Source of the DNA: a virus
Lineage: Duplodnaviria > Caudoviricetes
DNA length: 42,860 nt
Virus record (IMG/VR): IMGVR_UViG_3300027804_000098
Span: 1-42,860 of that record
Direction: 5' to 3' (one strand)
Below, one piece after another: positions 1-9,099 of the stretch (the stretch's first letter is position 1; every line of letters begins with the position of its first letter). Below the pieces are notes generated by a model. The model had not been told where the DNA came from and searched no databases. It saw nothing but the letters and a program-made list of their open reading frames with translations. A program made the translations under genes and the position numbers.

Positions 1-1
1 A

Positions 2-1267
2 CTTACTGGTACAGTAACTCTTCCAGAATCAACTTCAATTGGAGAGGTCAGCAACCTTGAAATAGGATACCTCAACGGAGTAACATCTGGTATTCAAGGA
101 CAGATCGATGCTAAGCTAGCTTCAGCAACTGCTGCAACCACTTATGCACCACTAGCAACACCAACATTTACTGGTACAGTAACTCTTCCAGAATCAACCT
201 CAATTGGAAACGTAAGTAACGTGGAGATAGGTTATGTAAACGGAGTAACATCCGCTATACAGGATCAAATTGATGCAAAAGCACCACTAGCCTCACCAAC
301 ATTTACAGGAACAGTAACACTTCCTGCAAACACAATTACTCAATCAATGATGTCAGATGATTCAGTAGGAACTGCAGAAATTATTGCATCTTCAGTAACT
401 AGCTCAGAACTTGCAGTTGATGCAGTAACTGAAGCAAAGATTGCAGATGGCGCAGTAACATCAGCTAAAATTGCAACTGGAACAATTGTAAATGAAGATA
501 TTAATGCTTCTGCAGCAATTGCAACATCTAAGATATCAGGACTTGACACAGCTCTTGGCCTAAAAGCACCACTTGACTCTCCAACATTTACTGGTACAGT
601 ATCAGGAATTACAAAGACTATGGTTGGGCTTGGATCTGTTGATAACACAGCAGACTTAGCAAAGCCAGTATCTACAGCACAGGCTACAGCAATCGCAACT
701 GCTAAGTCAGAAGCAATTGCAGATGCAACAGCACAAGTAAATGCAGTAATTGCATCTGCCCCAGCAGCACTCAACACACTTGATGAACTTGCTGCAGCAC
801 TTGGAGATGACGCAAACTTTGCTACATCTGTAACAACAAGCCTCGGCCTAAAAGCCCCGCTTGCATCACCAACATTTACTGGAACAGTAACAGTTGCCGC
901 AGCAGGAGTAGCATTTACAGATGGCACTCAAACAAAAGCTGGTGTCCCATCACTTACAACAATTGGAACTGAAATCTCAGCAGCATATAACCTATCAACA
1001 GGTGGCCTTGCCCTAAGAGATCAACTTATCCCAATTGCAGGTGCACGGGCAATTACAATACCAACAAATGCAACAACAGCCTTTCCAATTGGTACATCAA
1101 TTGATTTCTACCAAGCATCAGGAACTGGCGCAAATTTTGTAGCAGCAGATGGTACAGTTACAATTCTTCGTACACCAGGACTAACACTAAGAACAACATA
1201 TTCATCAGCAACACTCACCAAGGTTGCAACAAACACTTGGTTACTAGCTGGAGATCTAACAGCATAA
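2..1267 (+). CDS. Phage tail/head fibre protein, 5'-truncated (frame open from the window edge, not from GTG 221)
   Basis: The frame reads LTGTVTLPESTSIGEVSNLEIGYLNGVTSGIQ... from position 2 without a stop. It has repeated APL(A/D)(S/T)PTFTG motifs, 10-aa repeats (AVTEAKIADG/AVTSAKIATG) and the fibre motif APAALNTLDELAAALGDDANFAT. Confidence 0.8.
   Translation, partial: LTGTVTLPESTSIGEVSNLEIGYLNGVTSGIQGQIDAKLASATAATTYAPLATPTFTGTVTLPESTSIGNVSNVEIGYVNGVTSAIQDQIDAKAPLASPTFTGTVTLPANTITQSMMSDDSVGTAEIIASSVTSSELAVDAVTEAKIADGAVTSAKIATGTIVNEDINASAAIATSKISGLDTALGLKAPLDSPTFTGTVSGITKTMVGLGSVDNTADLAKPVSTAQATAIATAKSEAIADATAQVNAVIASAPAALNTLDELAAALGDDANFATSVTTSLGLKAPLASPTFTGTVTVAAAGVAFTDGTQTKAGVPSLTTIGTEISAAYNLSTGGLALRDQLIPIAGARAITIPTNATTAFPIGTSIDFYQASGTGANFVAADGTVTILRTPGLTLRTTYSSATLTKVATNTWLLAGDLTA
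5..275 (+). repeat. 165-bp (55-aa) period internal duplication in the fibre gene
   Basis: ACTGGTACAGTAACTCTTCCAGAATCAAC occurs at 5 and 170, followed by the similar peptides EIGYLNGVTSGIQGQIDAK and EIGYVNGVTSAIQDQIDAK. Confidence 0.8.
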
Positions 1268-1297
1268 TGAAAAAAAATAAAGACAGGGGTTAAATAA

Positions 1298-2356
1298 ATG
1301 GCAAACAAGAAAATAGGTAGAAAGTCCTCAGCACAGGATAACTTCTTAGAACCAAGTGCAGTTACTTCTTTAAGTGCAACAAATGTGGGTACTGGGCGGG
1401 CATATAATAATGGCGCAGCATCTCTTACATGGTCTTTGCCAGCCGCATCACCCCCAGCAACGCTTTATACAATTACAACAACCCCAGCATCAACAACACA
1501 AACTACATCTAGTACTAGTTTTACATTTACAGGATTAGCAAGCGCAACGGCTTATACTTTTACAGTTATTGCTTCTAATGCTGCTGGATCATCTCAGCCA
1601 ACGACATCAGGTTCAGTAACAATAACAACAGTTCCACAAGCTCCATCGGCAACAGCCTCAACGTCTGCAGCTGGCCCAAGTCCTGTACCAGCATCTGGTA
1701 GTGATAGAATTACATTTTCTGCCAATGCAACTGGTGGTTCTGCAATCACTTCATTTAGAATAACATCTAGTGCACGTGGAGAGCTTTCCGCAAACGCAAC
1801 ATCTCCATTTGATACAGCTTCTCCAAACGCTGAAACGTATACAGTTTTTGCAATTAATGCTAATGGAACATCATTGGGAGCCACAACCTCCGACCCACAA
1901 ACATTTACACCACCACACTTCCCACCGTTCTTCCCACCGTTCTTCCCACCGTTCTTCCCACCGTTCTTCCCACCATACTTCCCACCGTTCTTCCCACCGT
2001 TCTTCCCACCATTCTTCCCACCATTCTTCCCACCGTTCTTCCCACCGTTCTTCCCACCACACTTCCCACCATTCTTCCCACCATTCTTCCCACCATTCTT
2101 CCCACCGTTCTTCCCACCATTCTTCCCACCGTTCTTCCCACCACACTTCCCACCATTCTTCCCACCATTCTTCCCACCATTCTTCCCACCGTTCTTCCCA
2201 CCATTCTTCCCACCGTTCTTCCCACCACACTTCCCACCGTTCTTCCCACCATTCTTCCCACCATTCTTCCCACCGTTCTTCCCACCATTCTTCCCACCGT
2301 TCTTCCCACCACACTTTGTTGGCGGAGTATGTGGATATGGATGCAACCACTGGTAA
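1298..2356 (+). CDS. Two fibronectin type III domains followed by a (PPFF)n low-complexity tail; probable virion appendage protein
   Basis: FN3 signatures (SLTWSLP...[25 protein letters not shown]; VPQAPS...[12 protein letters not shown]), then 34 PP(F/H/Y)F units and the C-terminus [12 protein letters not shown]. Confidence 0.85.
   Translation: MANKKIGRKSSAQDNFLEPSAVTSLSATNVGTGRAYNNGAASLTWSLPAASPPATLYTITTTPASTTQTTSSTSFTFTGLASATAYTFTVIASNAAGSSQPTTSGSVTITTVPQAPSATASTSAAGPSPVPASGSDRITFSANATGGSAITSFRITSSARGELSANATSPFDTASPNAETYTVFAINANGTSLGATTSDPQTFTPPHFPPFFPPFFPPFFPPFFPPYFPPFFPPFFPPFFPPFFPPFFPPFFPPHFPPFFPPFFPPFFPPFFPPFFPPFFPPHFPPFFPPFFPPFFPPFFPPFFPPFFPPHFPPFFPPFFPPFFPPFFPPFFPPFFPPHFVGGVCGYGCNHW
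1910..2317 (+). repeat. 12-bp coding tandem repeat x34 (CCA CCR YWC TTY) with an 84-bp higher-order period
   Basis: 408 bp = 34 units: PPHF, 4xPPFF, PPYF, then four blocks of 6xPPFF+PPHF. Confidence 0.97.
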
Positions 2357-2363
2357 TTTAAAA

Positions 2364-2393
2364 TATGTGGGCGCCTAGACAGGCGCCCACATA
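2364..2393. terminator. Perfect 13-bp GC-rich hairpin after the PPFF gene (terminator-like)
   Basis: TATGTGGGCGCCT-AGAC-AGGCGCCCACATA. There is no U-tract on the + strand. Confidence 0.6.
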
Positions 2394-2395
2394 AA

Positions 2396-2404
2396 TGATA
2401 GAAT
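2396..2404 (+). promoter_or_regulatory. Extended -10 promoter for the accessory island
   Basis: TGATAGAAT directly after the hairpin and upstream of RBS AAGGAG and ATG 2423. Confidence 0.5.
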
Positions 2405-2422
2405 ATAAACAAGGAGATATTA

Positions 2423-2893
2423 ATGATTAAAATAGCATTATTAAGTAAAAATGAATCTGAATCAGGTTCTGACGCAATAAATTGGACAGTTGTTCAAGTT
2501 ATTAGATTAATTGAATCAGATGACGAGACTGACCTTGTTAACCATGCAAAAAAATCTATTGAAAACAATGAAACATTTTCTTTTGTAGACACTTCTGCTA
2601 TTGATAGTTTAAGCATAAAAAGAGGCGCATCTTGGGATGGAGTATCTTTTTCTAATGAAGGAATAGATAGAGGAAGTTTAGGAGATTTTCCAAAAAGAAC
2701 AAAGCAATATGGTTTACTAGCAAACAACAAGTTTTTAATAGGTTTTAGTGCAATCCCAGAATCAATTGAAGATGCACTATACCAAGATGTCTTGCTTTCT
2801 GAAGTAAAAATTGTAGAAATTCTAGAAGATACAATTGTAGCACCAGGCTTTAATTGGAATGGTACAGAATTTACAGCACCATTGAATGGCTAA
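2423..2893 (+). CDS. Acidic protein with two G-x-x-W-(D/N)-G-x-x-F motifs; possible fibre assembly chaperone
   Basis: GASWDGVSFS and GFNWNGTEFTAP; strong RBS. The motif resembles the ORF at 41222. Confidence 0.6.
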   Translation: MIKIALLSKNESESGSDAINWTVVQVIRLIESDDETDLVNHAKKSIENNETFSFVDTSAIDSLSIKRGASWDGVSFSNEGIDRGSLGDFPKRTKQYGLLANNKFLIGFSAIPESIEDALYQDVLLSEVKIVEILEDTIVAPGFNWNGTEFTAPLNG

Positions 2894-3128
2894 GTGGGAA
2901 AGCTTTAAAAAAACATTTGGAGATACCGCACCATGGGATCTTTTAAGTAAAGAAAAATATGTTGAAGATGACAATACTGCAAGCAAAAGATTTGAAATTT
3001 GTAAACAGTGTCCAGAATTAGTTAATTTAACTAAGCAATGTAAAAAATGTGGGTGTTTTATGTCCATGAAAGTTCTGCTTGCTGAAGCAGAATGTCCTAT
3101 AGGAAAATGGGGAAAAGAAGTTGTATAA
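2886..3128 (+). CDS. Small six-Cys protein (CxxC...CxxCGC...CPxGKW), DUF6171-like
   Basis: RFEICKQCPE...CKKCGCFM...CPIGKW; paralog at 41448; overlaps the upstream gene by 8 nt. Confidence 0.75.
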   Translation: MAKWESFKKTFGDTAPWDLLSKEKYVEDDNTASKRFEICKQCPELVNLTKQCKKCGCFMSMKVLLAEAECPIGKWGKEVV

Positions 3129-3780
3129 TAAAGAAGAAATTGTCCCAGGTCTATGGGTTTATAGAGATGTTATAACAAAAGAGATTGATGTTATAAATAG
3201 ACTAGAGTCGGCAATTGATAAGTCGAAAGGCATGCATACTTGGAAAGACGCAACAGTTGGATATAGAGAAAAAAAGCCAGAATATAGAGATTGCGTAGAT
3301 TTCAAATGGAAGAAATTTGAAAATGCTCCAGAGTTTAAACACGAAGTCGAGATTAACTCCTTGTGGAAAGATGTATACGACGCTCAAAAATTAGCATTAG
3401 ATGATTACTGTTCTTTTTATAATATTGAAATGAATTATTGGGAAGCCATGAATTTTATAAAATATGGACCAGGACAACACTTTTCTTATCACGCAGATCA
3501 TGGATGGTCCTATATAGCAACAGTTTCTATGGTTGCATATATCAATGATGATTATGAAGAAGGTGGTCTGAGATTTGATAAATTTGATTTAACTGTAAAG
3601 CCAAAGGCTGGGGACTTGTACATATTCCCTTCAACGTTTTTATTTTCTCACGCAGCTTTGCCAGTAAAATCAGGCTTAAAATATTCTATAGTAACTATGA
3701 CTGACTATAATGACAAGACTCATAACGAGCAGTTCTATAAACAATTTATGTCTCAAGATTCAATCGGCGACGGATACTAA
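3121..3780 (+). CDS. 2OG-Fe(II) oxygenase, prolyl-4-hydroxylase-like
   Basis: HAD...YINDDYEEGGLRF...KPKAGDLYIFPS...H...GLKYS (HxD..H triad plus the basic 2OG ligand). Confidence 0.9.
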   Translation: MYNKEEIVPGLWVYRDVITKEIDVINRLESAIDKSKGMHTWKDATVGYREKKPEYRDCVDFKWKKFENAPEFKHEVEINSLWKDVYDAQKLALDDYCSFYNIEMNYWEAMNFIKYGPGQHFSYHADHGWSYIATVSMVAYINDDYEEGGLRFDKFDLTVKPKAGDLYIFPSTFLFSHAALPVKSGLKYSIVTMTDYNDKTHNEQFYKQFMSQDSIGDGY

Positions 3781-3781
3781 A

Positions 3782-4516
3782 TTGGAATTTGATGTTTACA
3801 AGATTGATCCAAAAAACTCAGCAAATATAAGTCCGCTGGGTATTAAAAGACAATGGATGGAAGAAACATCAGATAAGCATGCCTACCATTGTTTTCCAGT
3901 AAGCCTCTCCAACGCCCTTGGCTGGGGTATATCTTTTCCAGAAGATATATCATTTATTTGGGACGGAATCTCGGATTCAACAGATACCCATGTAAAAATT
4001 TTAAGCGGAAAGAAGTTTGTTTCAACGGCAAGAGCAAATGCAACAATAAGTTTTAATACAAATTTAGTTGTAACAACAAAAAGTAATTTGTCTATGTTGG
4101 CTATGCCAACCCCAAACTGGCCAATAGATGGAGTATGGCCCTTCACAACATTAATCAGCACTTCTTTTTTTAAAGGAACTTTTCCTATTGCGTGGAGAAT
4201 CACTAAGGCAAATGAAATAATAACAATACCAGCAAATACACCCGTTGCTTCAATAATGCCAATATCACTATCTGATTTAAATAATTCAATAGCAGTAATA
4301 AAAGGATATAATGATCTGCCACAAGATTTTTTCCCAAAAGAAGATTATGGCAAAATTGTTAGCGATATTAATAAATCTGGAAAATGGACTGATTTTTATA
4401 GAAACGCTGTAGATCATAAAAATAATAAAATTGGATCTCATGAAGTAAAATCTTTAAGATTGAAAAATGATGAAACATCTATAGATGGTCCAGAAGGATG
4501 CGGTATACCCAAATGA
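3782..4516 (+). CDS. DUF6065-like protein (start probably TTG 3782 rather than 3710)
   Basis: RQWMEETSDKHAYHCFPVSLSNALGW matches the RxWM...AYxCxP...N..GW pattern I recall for DUF6065. The 3710 start would overlap the upstream gene by 71 nt. Confidence 0.65.
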   Translation: MEFDVYKIDPKNSANISPLGIKRQWMEETSDKHAYHCFPVSLSNALGWGISFPEDISFIWDGISDSTDTHVKILSGKKFVSTARANATISFNTNLVVTTKSNLSMLAMPTPNWPIDGVWPFTTLISTSFFKGTFPIAWRITKANEIITIPANTPVASIMPISLSDLNNSIAVIKGYNDLPQDFFPKEDYGKIVSDINKSGKWTDFYRNAVDHKNNKIGSHEVKSLRLKNDETSIDGPEGCGIPK

Positions 4517-5232
4517 ATAAAATAGTATTTCACTCAAACAAACATTATAATAAAGAAGAGACCGCTCCTAGGCCTATGGCAAAAGCTATTCCAAAATGGT
4601 GGCTAGATGCTGATATTTATATAAAAGATTTTTACGGTAATCCTGTTTCTAATCAATCTCTTGATGGCGGCAAGGCATTAAATTTTAAAGCATGCCCAGC
4701 AATGCTAGATACATTTACAACTGGATATACTTTGGTTACCCCATGCGAAATTGAATTTTATAAAAAAAATGGAAGAATAAAAGCAAGAACACCAGCAAAG
4801 TTTGACGATTTTGTTGGAGAAAGAGGAGTGTCCCAAGGTTTTCAAACCCCACCTGGATATGAAGAAAATCATTTTCATTGGTATGCTAATTGGGCACCAG
4901 AGTTGCCAGAAGGCTACAGCTCTCTTTATGTTCAACCAATAAATCATTTTGATTTGCCGTGGATTACCGTGGGTGGTATAATAGATAGCGACAAGGTTAC
5001 AACGTCTGGCCTTATACCATTTTTTATAAAAAATGATTTTGTAGGTGTAGTTCCAGAAGGAACCCCTTATTTGCAAATAATTCCTTTTAAGAGGGAAGAT
5101 TGGGAGTCAGAAATAGTCTTTCATAAAGCCATTGATATTATGGCTAAAACAAAAGAAGTCTCTGATTTATTTAGAAAACCAGAGGGTGGAGTCTATAAAA
5201 AGTTATTTTGGACAAGGAGAAAGTACAAGTAA
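4513..5232 (+). CDS. Conserved phage protein, distantly DUF6065-like (KxCPxxxD...GY family)
   Basis: IPKWW...FKACPAMLDTFTTGY...PEGYSSLYVQPINH...GIIDSD...GTPYLQIIPFKREDW; ATGA overlap with the upstream stop at 4513. Confidence 0.6.
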   Translation: MNKIVFHSNKHYNKEETAPRPMAKAIPKWWLDADIYIKDFYGNPVSNQSLDGGKALNFKACPAMLDTFTTGYTLVTPCEIEFYKKNGRIKARTPAKFDDFVGERGVSQGFQTPPGYEENHFHWYANWAPELPEGYSSLYVQPINHFDLPWITVGGIIDSDKVTTSGLIPFFIKNDFVGVVPEGTPYLQIIPFKREDWESEIVFHKAIDIMAKTKEVSDLFRKPEGGVYKKLFWTRRKYK

Positions 5233-5233
5233 T

Positions 5234-5923
5234 ATGAAAAATCAGGTAAACACTAATGATACACATGACTACAGATCTTTAGGATCAATAACTCCCTCGG
5301 GATTTTTTGGCACAGGTCCAGAAAATATTGTAGAGCTAAAAAACTTTTTAACAGATATAGAAAGAGAAAGACTGACAAACTTTGCAAGAAACAACAAGAC
5401 TTGGGATATAACAGATTCTCATGTTAATGAAAATGGAACAGTCATATATGATGCAAACGCTTGGGCAGACAGAGTCTGCACAAGAAGGTCAATGGAAATC
5501 TCAGCAGAACCAGATATTGTTTATGTTGTAGACAATCTAATATCTAGACTACAGTTAGAGGTTGAAAAATTTTTTAATGTCAGAGTTCAGGCTACTGGAC
5601 CAGCTATTGTTAGGTGGCCAGTTGGTTCAAGGCAAGATCCGCATGCAGACAAAGAGCTTCATGAAGGCCCAGATGCAGGTACCCCTAATGATTTTCCTCA
5701 TTACGATATAGCTTCTTTATTTTATTTTAATGATGACTATGAAGGCGGAGAACTATTCTTTCCGATTCAAGGTATAGAGTTTAAACCAGTTGGCGGATCA
5801 GCCTATTTTTTCCCAGGAGATAAAGGCTACATTCACGGAGTAAGGCCAGTAATAGAAGGTGGAAGATACACCTCGCCATTTTTTTGGCAAATACTTGAGC
5901 ATACTGGAGACCGTAAGCCATGA
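5234..5923 (+). CDS. 2OG-Fe(II) oxygenase, P4H-like (start ATG 5234)
   Basis: HAD...YFNDDYEGGELFF...FFPG...HGV...GGRYT; RBS AAGGAG upstream of 5234. Confidence 0.9.
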   Translation: MKNQVNTNDTHDYRSLGSITPSGFFGTGPENIVELKNFLTDIERERLTNFARNNKTWDITDSHVNENGTVIYDANAWADRVCTRRSMEISAEPDIVYVVDNLISRLQLEVEKFFNVRVQATGPAIVRWPVGSRQDPHADKELHEGPDAGTPNDFPHYDIASLFYFNDDYEGGELFFPIQGIEFKPVGGSAYFFPGDKGYIHGVRPVIEGGRYTSPFFWQILEHTGDRKP

Positions 5924-6774
5924 CATTTGAGTACAAAGAGCTGTATCCAAAGATATGGGTTTTTAAAAATCCATGGCAAGACATTGATTTGCTAACACAG
6001 ACTATTAAAGATTCTGAACAAAATCCAGAGGGGTCCGCTTTAAATTGGCATGGCTGGTACACGTTTGGCAAAGAAGCAGACCAGTTTGATCACTCAGTTG
6101 AATCATCTGAAAGAACAAAACTAGAAAAACGGTTTTGGGATGAAATTATTGATGTGTTTAACAAAACAACAAATCAGTATGCAGATACCTTTGGGGTACC
6201 TCTAGATCTTGATGCAGAAGTTTTGAATGAAGAAGATGGCTTGAATACTCAATTATGGAAAAGAATGGGCCCTTCAATATGCAAGTATGAAGTCGAAGGT
6301 GGTATTGAAGAGTCAGACCTGGCTATGCACGTTCACACAGACTATCAAAGAGATTATCATGACTTTAGAGGATATAAGTTTACGTTTACATGTACGATGT
6401 ATTTAAACGGAGATTATGAAGGCGGCGGGCTTACATTTTTAGTAGACAATAAAACTTTTTACTACAAGCCAGAAAAAGGCGATGTTTTGCTATTCCCAGC
6501 AGGAGATCCAGACTTTCTTTCTGATTCTGGGCAGTTTTATATGCACGGTGTTGAAAAAGTAAAGGGCACACCAAAGTATTTTGTAAGAAATCACTGGGTT
6601 AGATTTTATCCTGGATCACCAGAATGGTTAGAAAATGAAAAGCTTTACGGTAAGGAAATTTGGAAAGAGATGGAAATTGCAAGAACTAAAGAAGAAAGAA
6701 AAGCTGGGGCCTATCAGACAATTAATTATGATGAGCTTAAAAAATTAGAAAGGATTGATCTCAATGACATTTAA
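5920..6774 (+). CDS. 2OG-Fe(II) oxygenase, P4H-like
   Basis: HTD...YLNGDYEGGGLTF...KPEKGDVLLFPA...HGV...PKYF. Confidence 0.9.
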   Translation: MTFEYKELYPKIWVFKNPWQDIDLLTQTIKDSEQNPEGSALNWHGWYTFGKEADQFDHSVESSERTKLEKRFWDEIIDVFNKTTNQYADTFGVPLDLDAEVLNEEDGLNTQLWKRMGPSICKYEVEGGIEESDLAMHVHTDYQRDYHDFRGYKFTFTCTMYLNGDYEGGGLTFLVDNKTFYYKPEKGDVLLFPAGDPDFLSDSGQFYMHGVEKVKGTPKYFVRNHWVRFYPGSPEWLENEKLYGKEIWKEMEIARTKEERKAGAYQTINYDELKKLERIDLNDI

Positions 6775-7519
6775 TTTAGAAAATCAAAATAGGGTAAAAG
6801 AAGATATTGTTTTTTTTGAAAACTTTCTTAGCCCAGAAGATTGTGATCGTGTTATTAAATATTGGGAGCACTCTGCAGAAAAAGGAACTTTGCCCTGGGC
6901 ACCAATTTCATTTTATGACTCCTTTGCATCAAATTTACCAGATGATGATGACAAAGAAAATTTTGGCCTAGCGCCAGATTTCTTTACATCTTTGCAAGAT
7001 AAAATCCAAGAGGCTACAGAAATATGTAGAGGCGATAAGGTTAAGCTAGTAAGCTACCATGCACAAAAATGGATAGAAGGTGCTTATGCTGGATATCATT
7101 CAGACAATACATCTTTAGAGTCACCTGAGTATAACTCATTCGAAAGAAGTAAGTGGGCTGCCTTTCTTTATTTAAATGAAGATTTTGAAGGCGGAGTATT
7201 AAATTTTAGAGATCATGATATTTCACTTCAGCCAAAAACTGGTATGCTTGCAGCATTTTCAGGCGGGCATCACAATATTCATGAGGTTCAAATGATCACT
7301 GAGGGTACTAGATGGACAATTGGTTCTTTCTGGGATAATATAGAAGCTGAGTATGACGATGCCAAGCAGGCTTTTTGGGAAGCTGATATAGCAGAGCAGA
7401 GAAAAAGACAGGCCGAAGACGCAGAGTCTTGGGCCGAATTAAAAGAAAAAGGGGAAAGGTTAAGACCTGGCCCAGATCAAACTGCTAAAAAAGAAGTTGC
7501 TTTAAAAATAGGAGAATAA
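6764..7519 (+). CDS. 2OG-Fe(II) oxygenase, P4H-like
   Basis: HSD...YLNEDFEGGVLNF...PKTGMLAAF...HEV...GTRWT. Confidence 0.9.
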   Translation: MTFNLENQNRVKEDIVFFENFLSPEDCDRVIKYWEHSAEKGTLPWAPISFYDSFASNLPDDDDKENFGLAPDFFTSLQDKIQEATEICRGDKVKLVSYHAQKWIEGAYAGYHSDNTSLESPEYNSFERSKWAAFLYLNEDFEGGVLNFRDHDISLQPKTGMLAAFSGGHHNIHEVQMITEGTRWTIGSFWDNIEAEYDDAKQAFWEADIAEQRKRQAEDAESWAELKEKGERLRPGPDQTAKKEVALKIGE

Positions 7520-7520
7520 T

Positions 7521-8330
7521 ATGACAAAGACTACTGTACTAGAAAACGGAATGATTAGAGAAGAGCTTCACCCACAAGTTTATTATTATAGAAATGCTAT
7601 ACCTAATGTAAAAGAGTGGCTAGATCTTGTAAATGATTCTGAAAATCACGAAGAGCTCTATTCAATAATTACTCCCTGGAACCAATGGGACGTAGATGAA
7701 AACAGATCTATGGGTCACCCATATGTTTATGGATACAAAAAGCTTTGCCTGCTGAATAGCGTTTATAATATAGATAAAGATGTTTCCGAAGAAACAAAGC
7801 AGCGTTTTATTAATATAAGAGATCCATTGTTTAACGCTATAAAAGCGGTATGTGAAGACTATAAAAAAGAGCAGCAGATAGATAAAGAGCTTATTCTTTT
7901 GGAACAGTTTGGTGTTCACAGATATAGAGCTGGTAACTATATGGGAGTTCATCATGACTCTCAAGAAGGAGACACAAGACTACTTTACTCTTTAGTTGTC
8001 TGGCCAAATGACGACTACGAAGGCGGAGAGCTATCATTTAGCATAAGCGAAGGAATTATAACTGGAACAGAAAGAGCTTTGCAGGGAGACATACTTGATC
8101 CTCAAAATGAAGGATTGTACGACTTCTATATTAAGCCTGAAGCTGGTAGCATTGTGATATTTCCATCACCATCTCCATTCAGTCACACTGCACACGAAGT
8201 CAAGTCTGGATGGAAGTATATGCTACCAATGTTCTGGATAGATCCATCTGGAGAGGATGTTCTTTTTAAACAAGACCCAGATTTTAAACTAGAGTTTGTA
8301 TACCCAGATAAAGAAGATTTATTTAAATGA
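7521..8330 (+). CDS. 2OG-Fe(II) oxygenase, P4H-like
   Basis: HHD...PNDDYEGGELSF...KPEAGSIVIFPS...HTA...GWKYM. Confidence 0.9.
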   Translation: MTKTTVLENGMIREELHPQVYYYRNAIPNVKEWLDLVNDSENHEELYSIITPWNQWDVDENRSMGHPYVYGYKKLCLLNSVYNIDKDVSEETKQRFINIRDPLFNAIKAVCEDYKKEQQIDKELILLEQFGVHRYRAGNYMGVHHDSQEGDTRLLYSLVVWPNDDYEGGELSFSISEGIITGTERALQGDILDPQNEGLYDFYIKPEAGSIVIFPSPSPFSHTAHEVKSGWKYMLPMFWIDPSGEDVLFKQDPDFKLEFVYPDKEDLFK

Positions 8331-8337
8331 TAGATAG

Positions 8338-8346
8338 TGGTATAAT
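8338..8346 (+). promoter_or_regulatory. Extended -10 promoter
   Basis: TGGTATAAT upstream of RBS AAGGAG and ATG 8372. Confidence 0.6.
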
Positions 8347-8371
8347 TAAGCATGTATTAGAAGGAGAACAA

Positions 8372-9088
8372 ATGATATCTGAAAAATTGCACGATAAGGT
8401 TTATTATTACAAAAATGTAGTATCTGATCCAAAAAATTTAGTTAAGTTAATTGAAGAAACGGAATCAGAAAAATATTCAAAGTTCATTACGCCCTGGGAA
8501 GAGTGGAGCGCATGCAGCGGAGAAATGTATGTTTACGGAAATCATAAAAGAATTAAAATGTTAAAGCTGGATGAAATTTTACAAAAATGCCCAGAAGATA
8601 TTTTAGAAGATTCTAAATACATATTTAATGAAATTTTCGATGGATTTAAAAACGTTTGCCTAGACTATGCTGAAAAAGTAAATGAAGAGTCTAAATTAAT
8701 TTTGATGACAGACACGGCTATCAAGCGATATGAAGCTGGAACCTTTATGGGATCCCACTTTGACCAGCAAGAGGGAGATAAGAGATTAAAGTATTCTTTG
8801 GTTATGTATCTAAACGATGACTATGAAGGAGGACAAATATCTTTTACAATTAAAGATGGAGTTCTGACTTCAACAGATTATGCAGCTTCAGAAGATATCG
8901 ACGATCCTAGAAATAAAGAAAGAATTACTTTTTCAATAAAGCCTGAAGCGGGAAGCGTAATAATATTCCCATCAGAACCACCATATAGTCACACAGCACA
9001 TTTAGTAAAAAGCGGACTCAAATACATGGTTCCGTCATTTTGGTTGAATAAAGGCTCGTTTGTTGACGGAGTCTTTGTTCCAGAATAA
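8372..9088 (+). CDS. 2OG-Fe(II) oxygenase, close paralog of 7521..8330 (start ATG 8372)
   Basis: HFD...YLNDDYEGGQISF...KPEAGSVIIFPS...HTA...GLKYM; RBS AAGGAG at 8361. Confidence 0.9.
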   Translation: MISEKLHDKVYYYKNVVSDPKNLVKLIEETESEKYSKFITPWEEWSACSGEMYVYGNHKRIKMLKLDEILQKCPEDILEDSKYIFNEIFDGFKNVCLDYAEKVNEESKLILMTDTAIKRYEAGTFMGSHFDQQEGDKRLKYSLVMYLNDDYEGGQISFTIKDGVLTSTDYAASEDIDDPRNKERITFSIKPEAGSVIIFPSEPPYSHTAHLVKSGLKYMVPSFWLNKGSFVDGVFVPE

Positions 9089-9099
9089 AGGGTTTTAAA

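Noticed and set aside
340-927. Minus-strand 195-aa ORF and the other short minus-strand ORFs across the window
   Set aside because: They lie antisense to well-supported + strand genes and show no recognisable motifs.
1910-2317. Possible CRISPR array
   Set aside because: Contiguous 12-bp units with no unique spacers, inside a CDS, and no cas genes.
1594-2412. Alternative-frame ORFs over the 12-bp repeat (GGKN, HSSH, WWEE, VGRM repeats)
   Set aside because: A stop-free 12-bp unit opens all frames. The CCA/CCG variation is synonymous in the PPFF frame, which is also fused to FN3 domains and lies on the coding strand.
3121-9088. Oxygenases as DNA-modifying (TET/JBP or AlkB) enzymes
   Set aside because: The motifs fit the P4H-like class and no methylase or nucleotide genes are adjacent. 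Not formally excluded without an HMM search.
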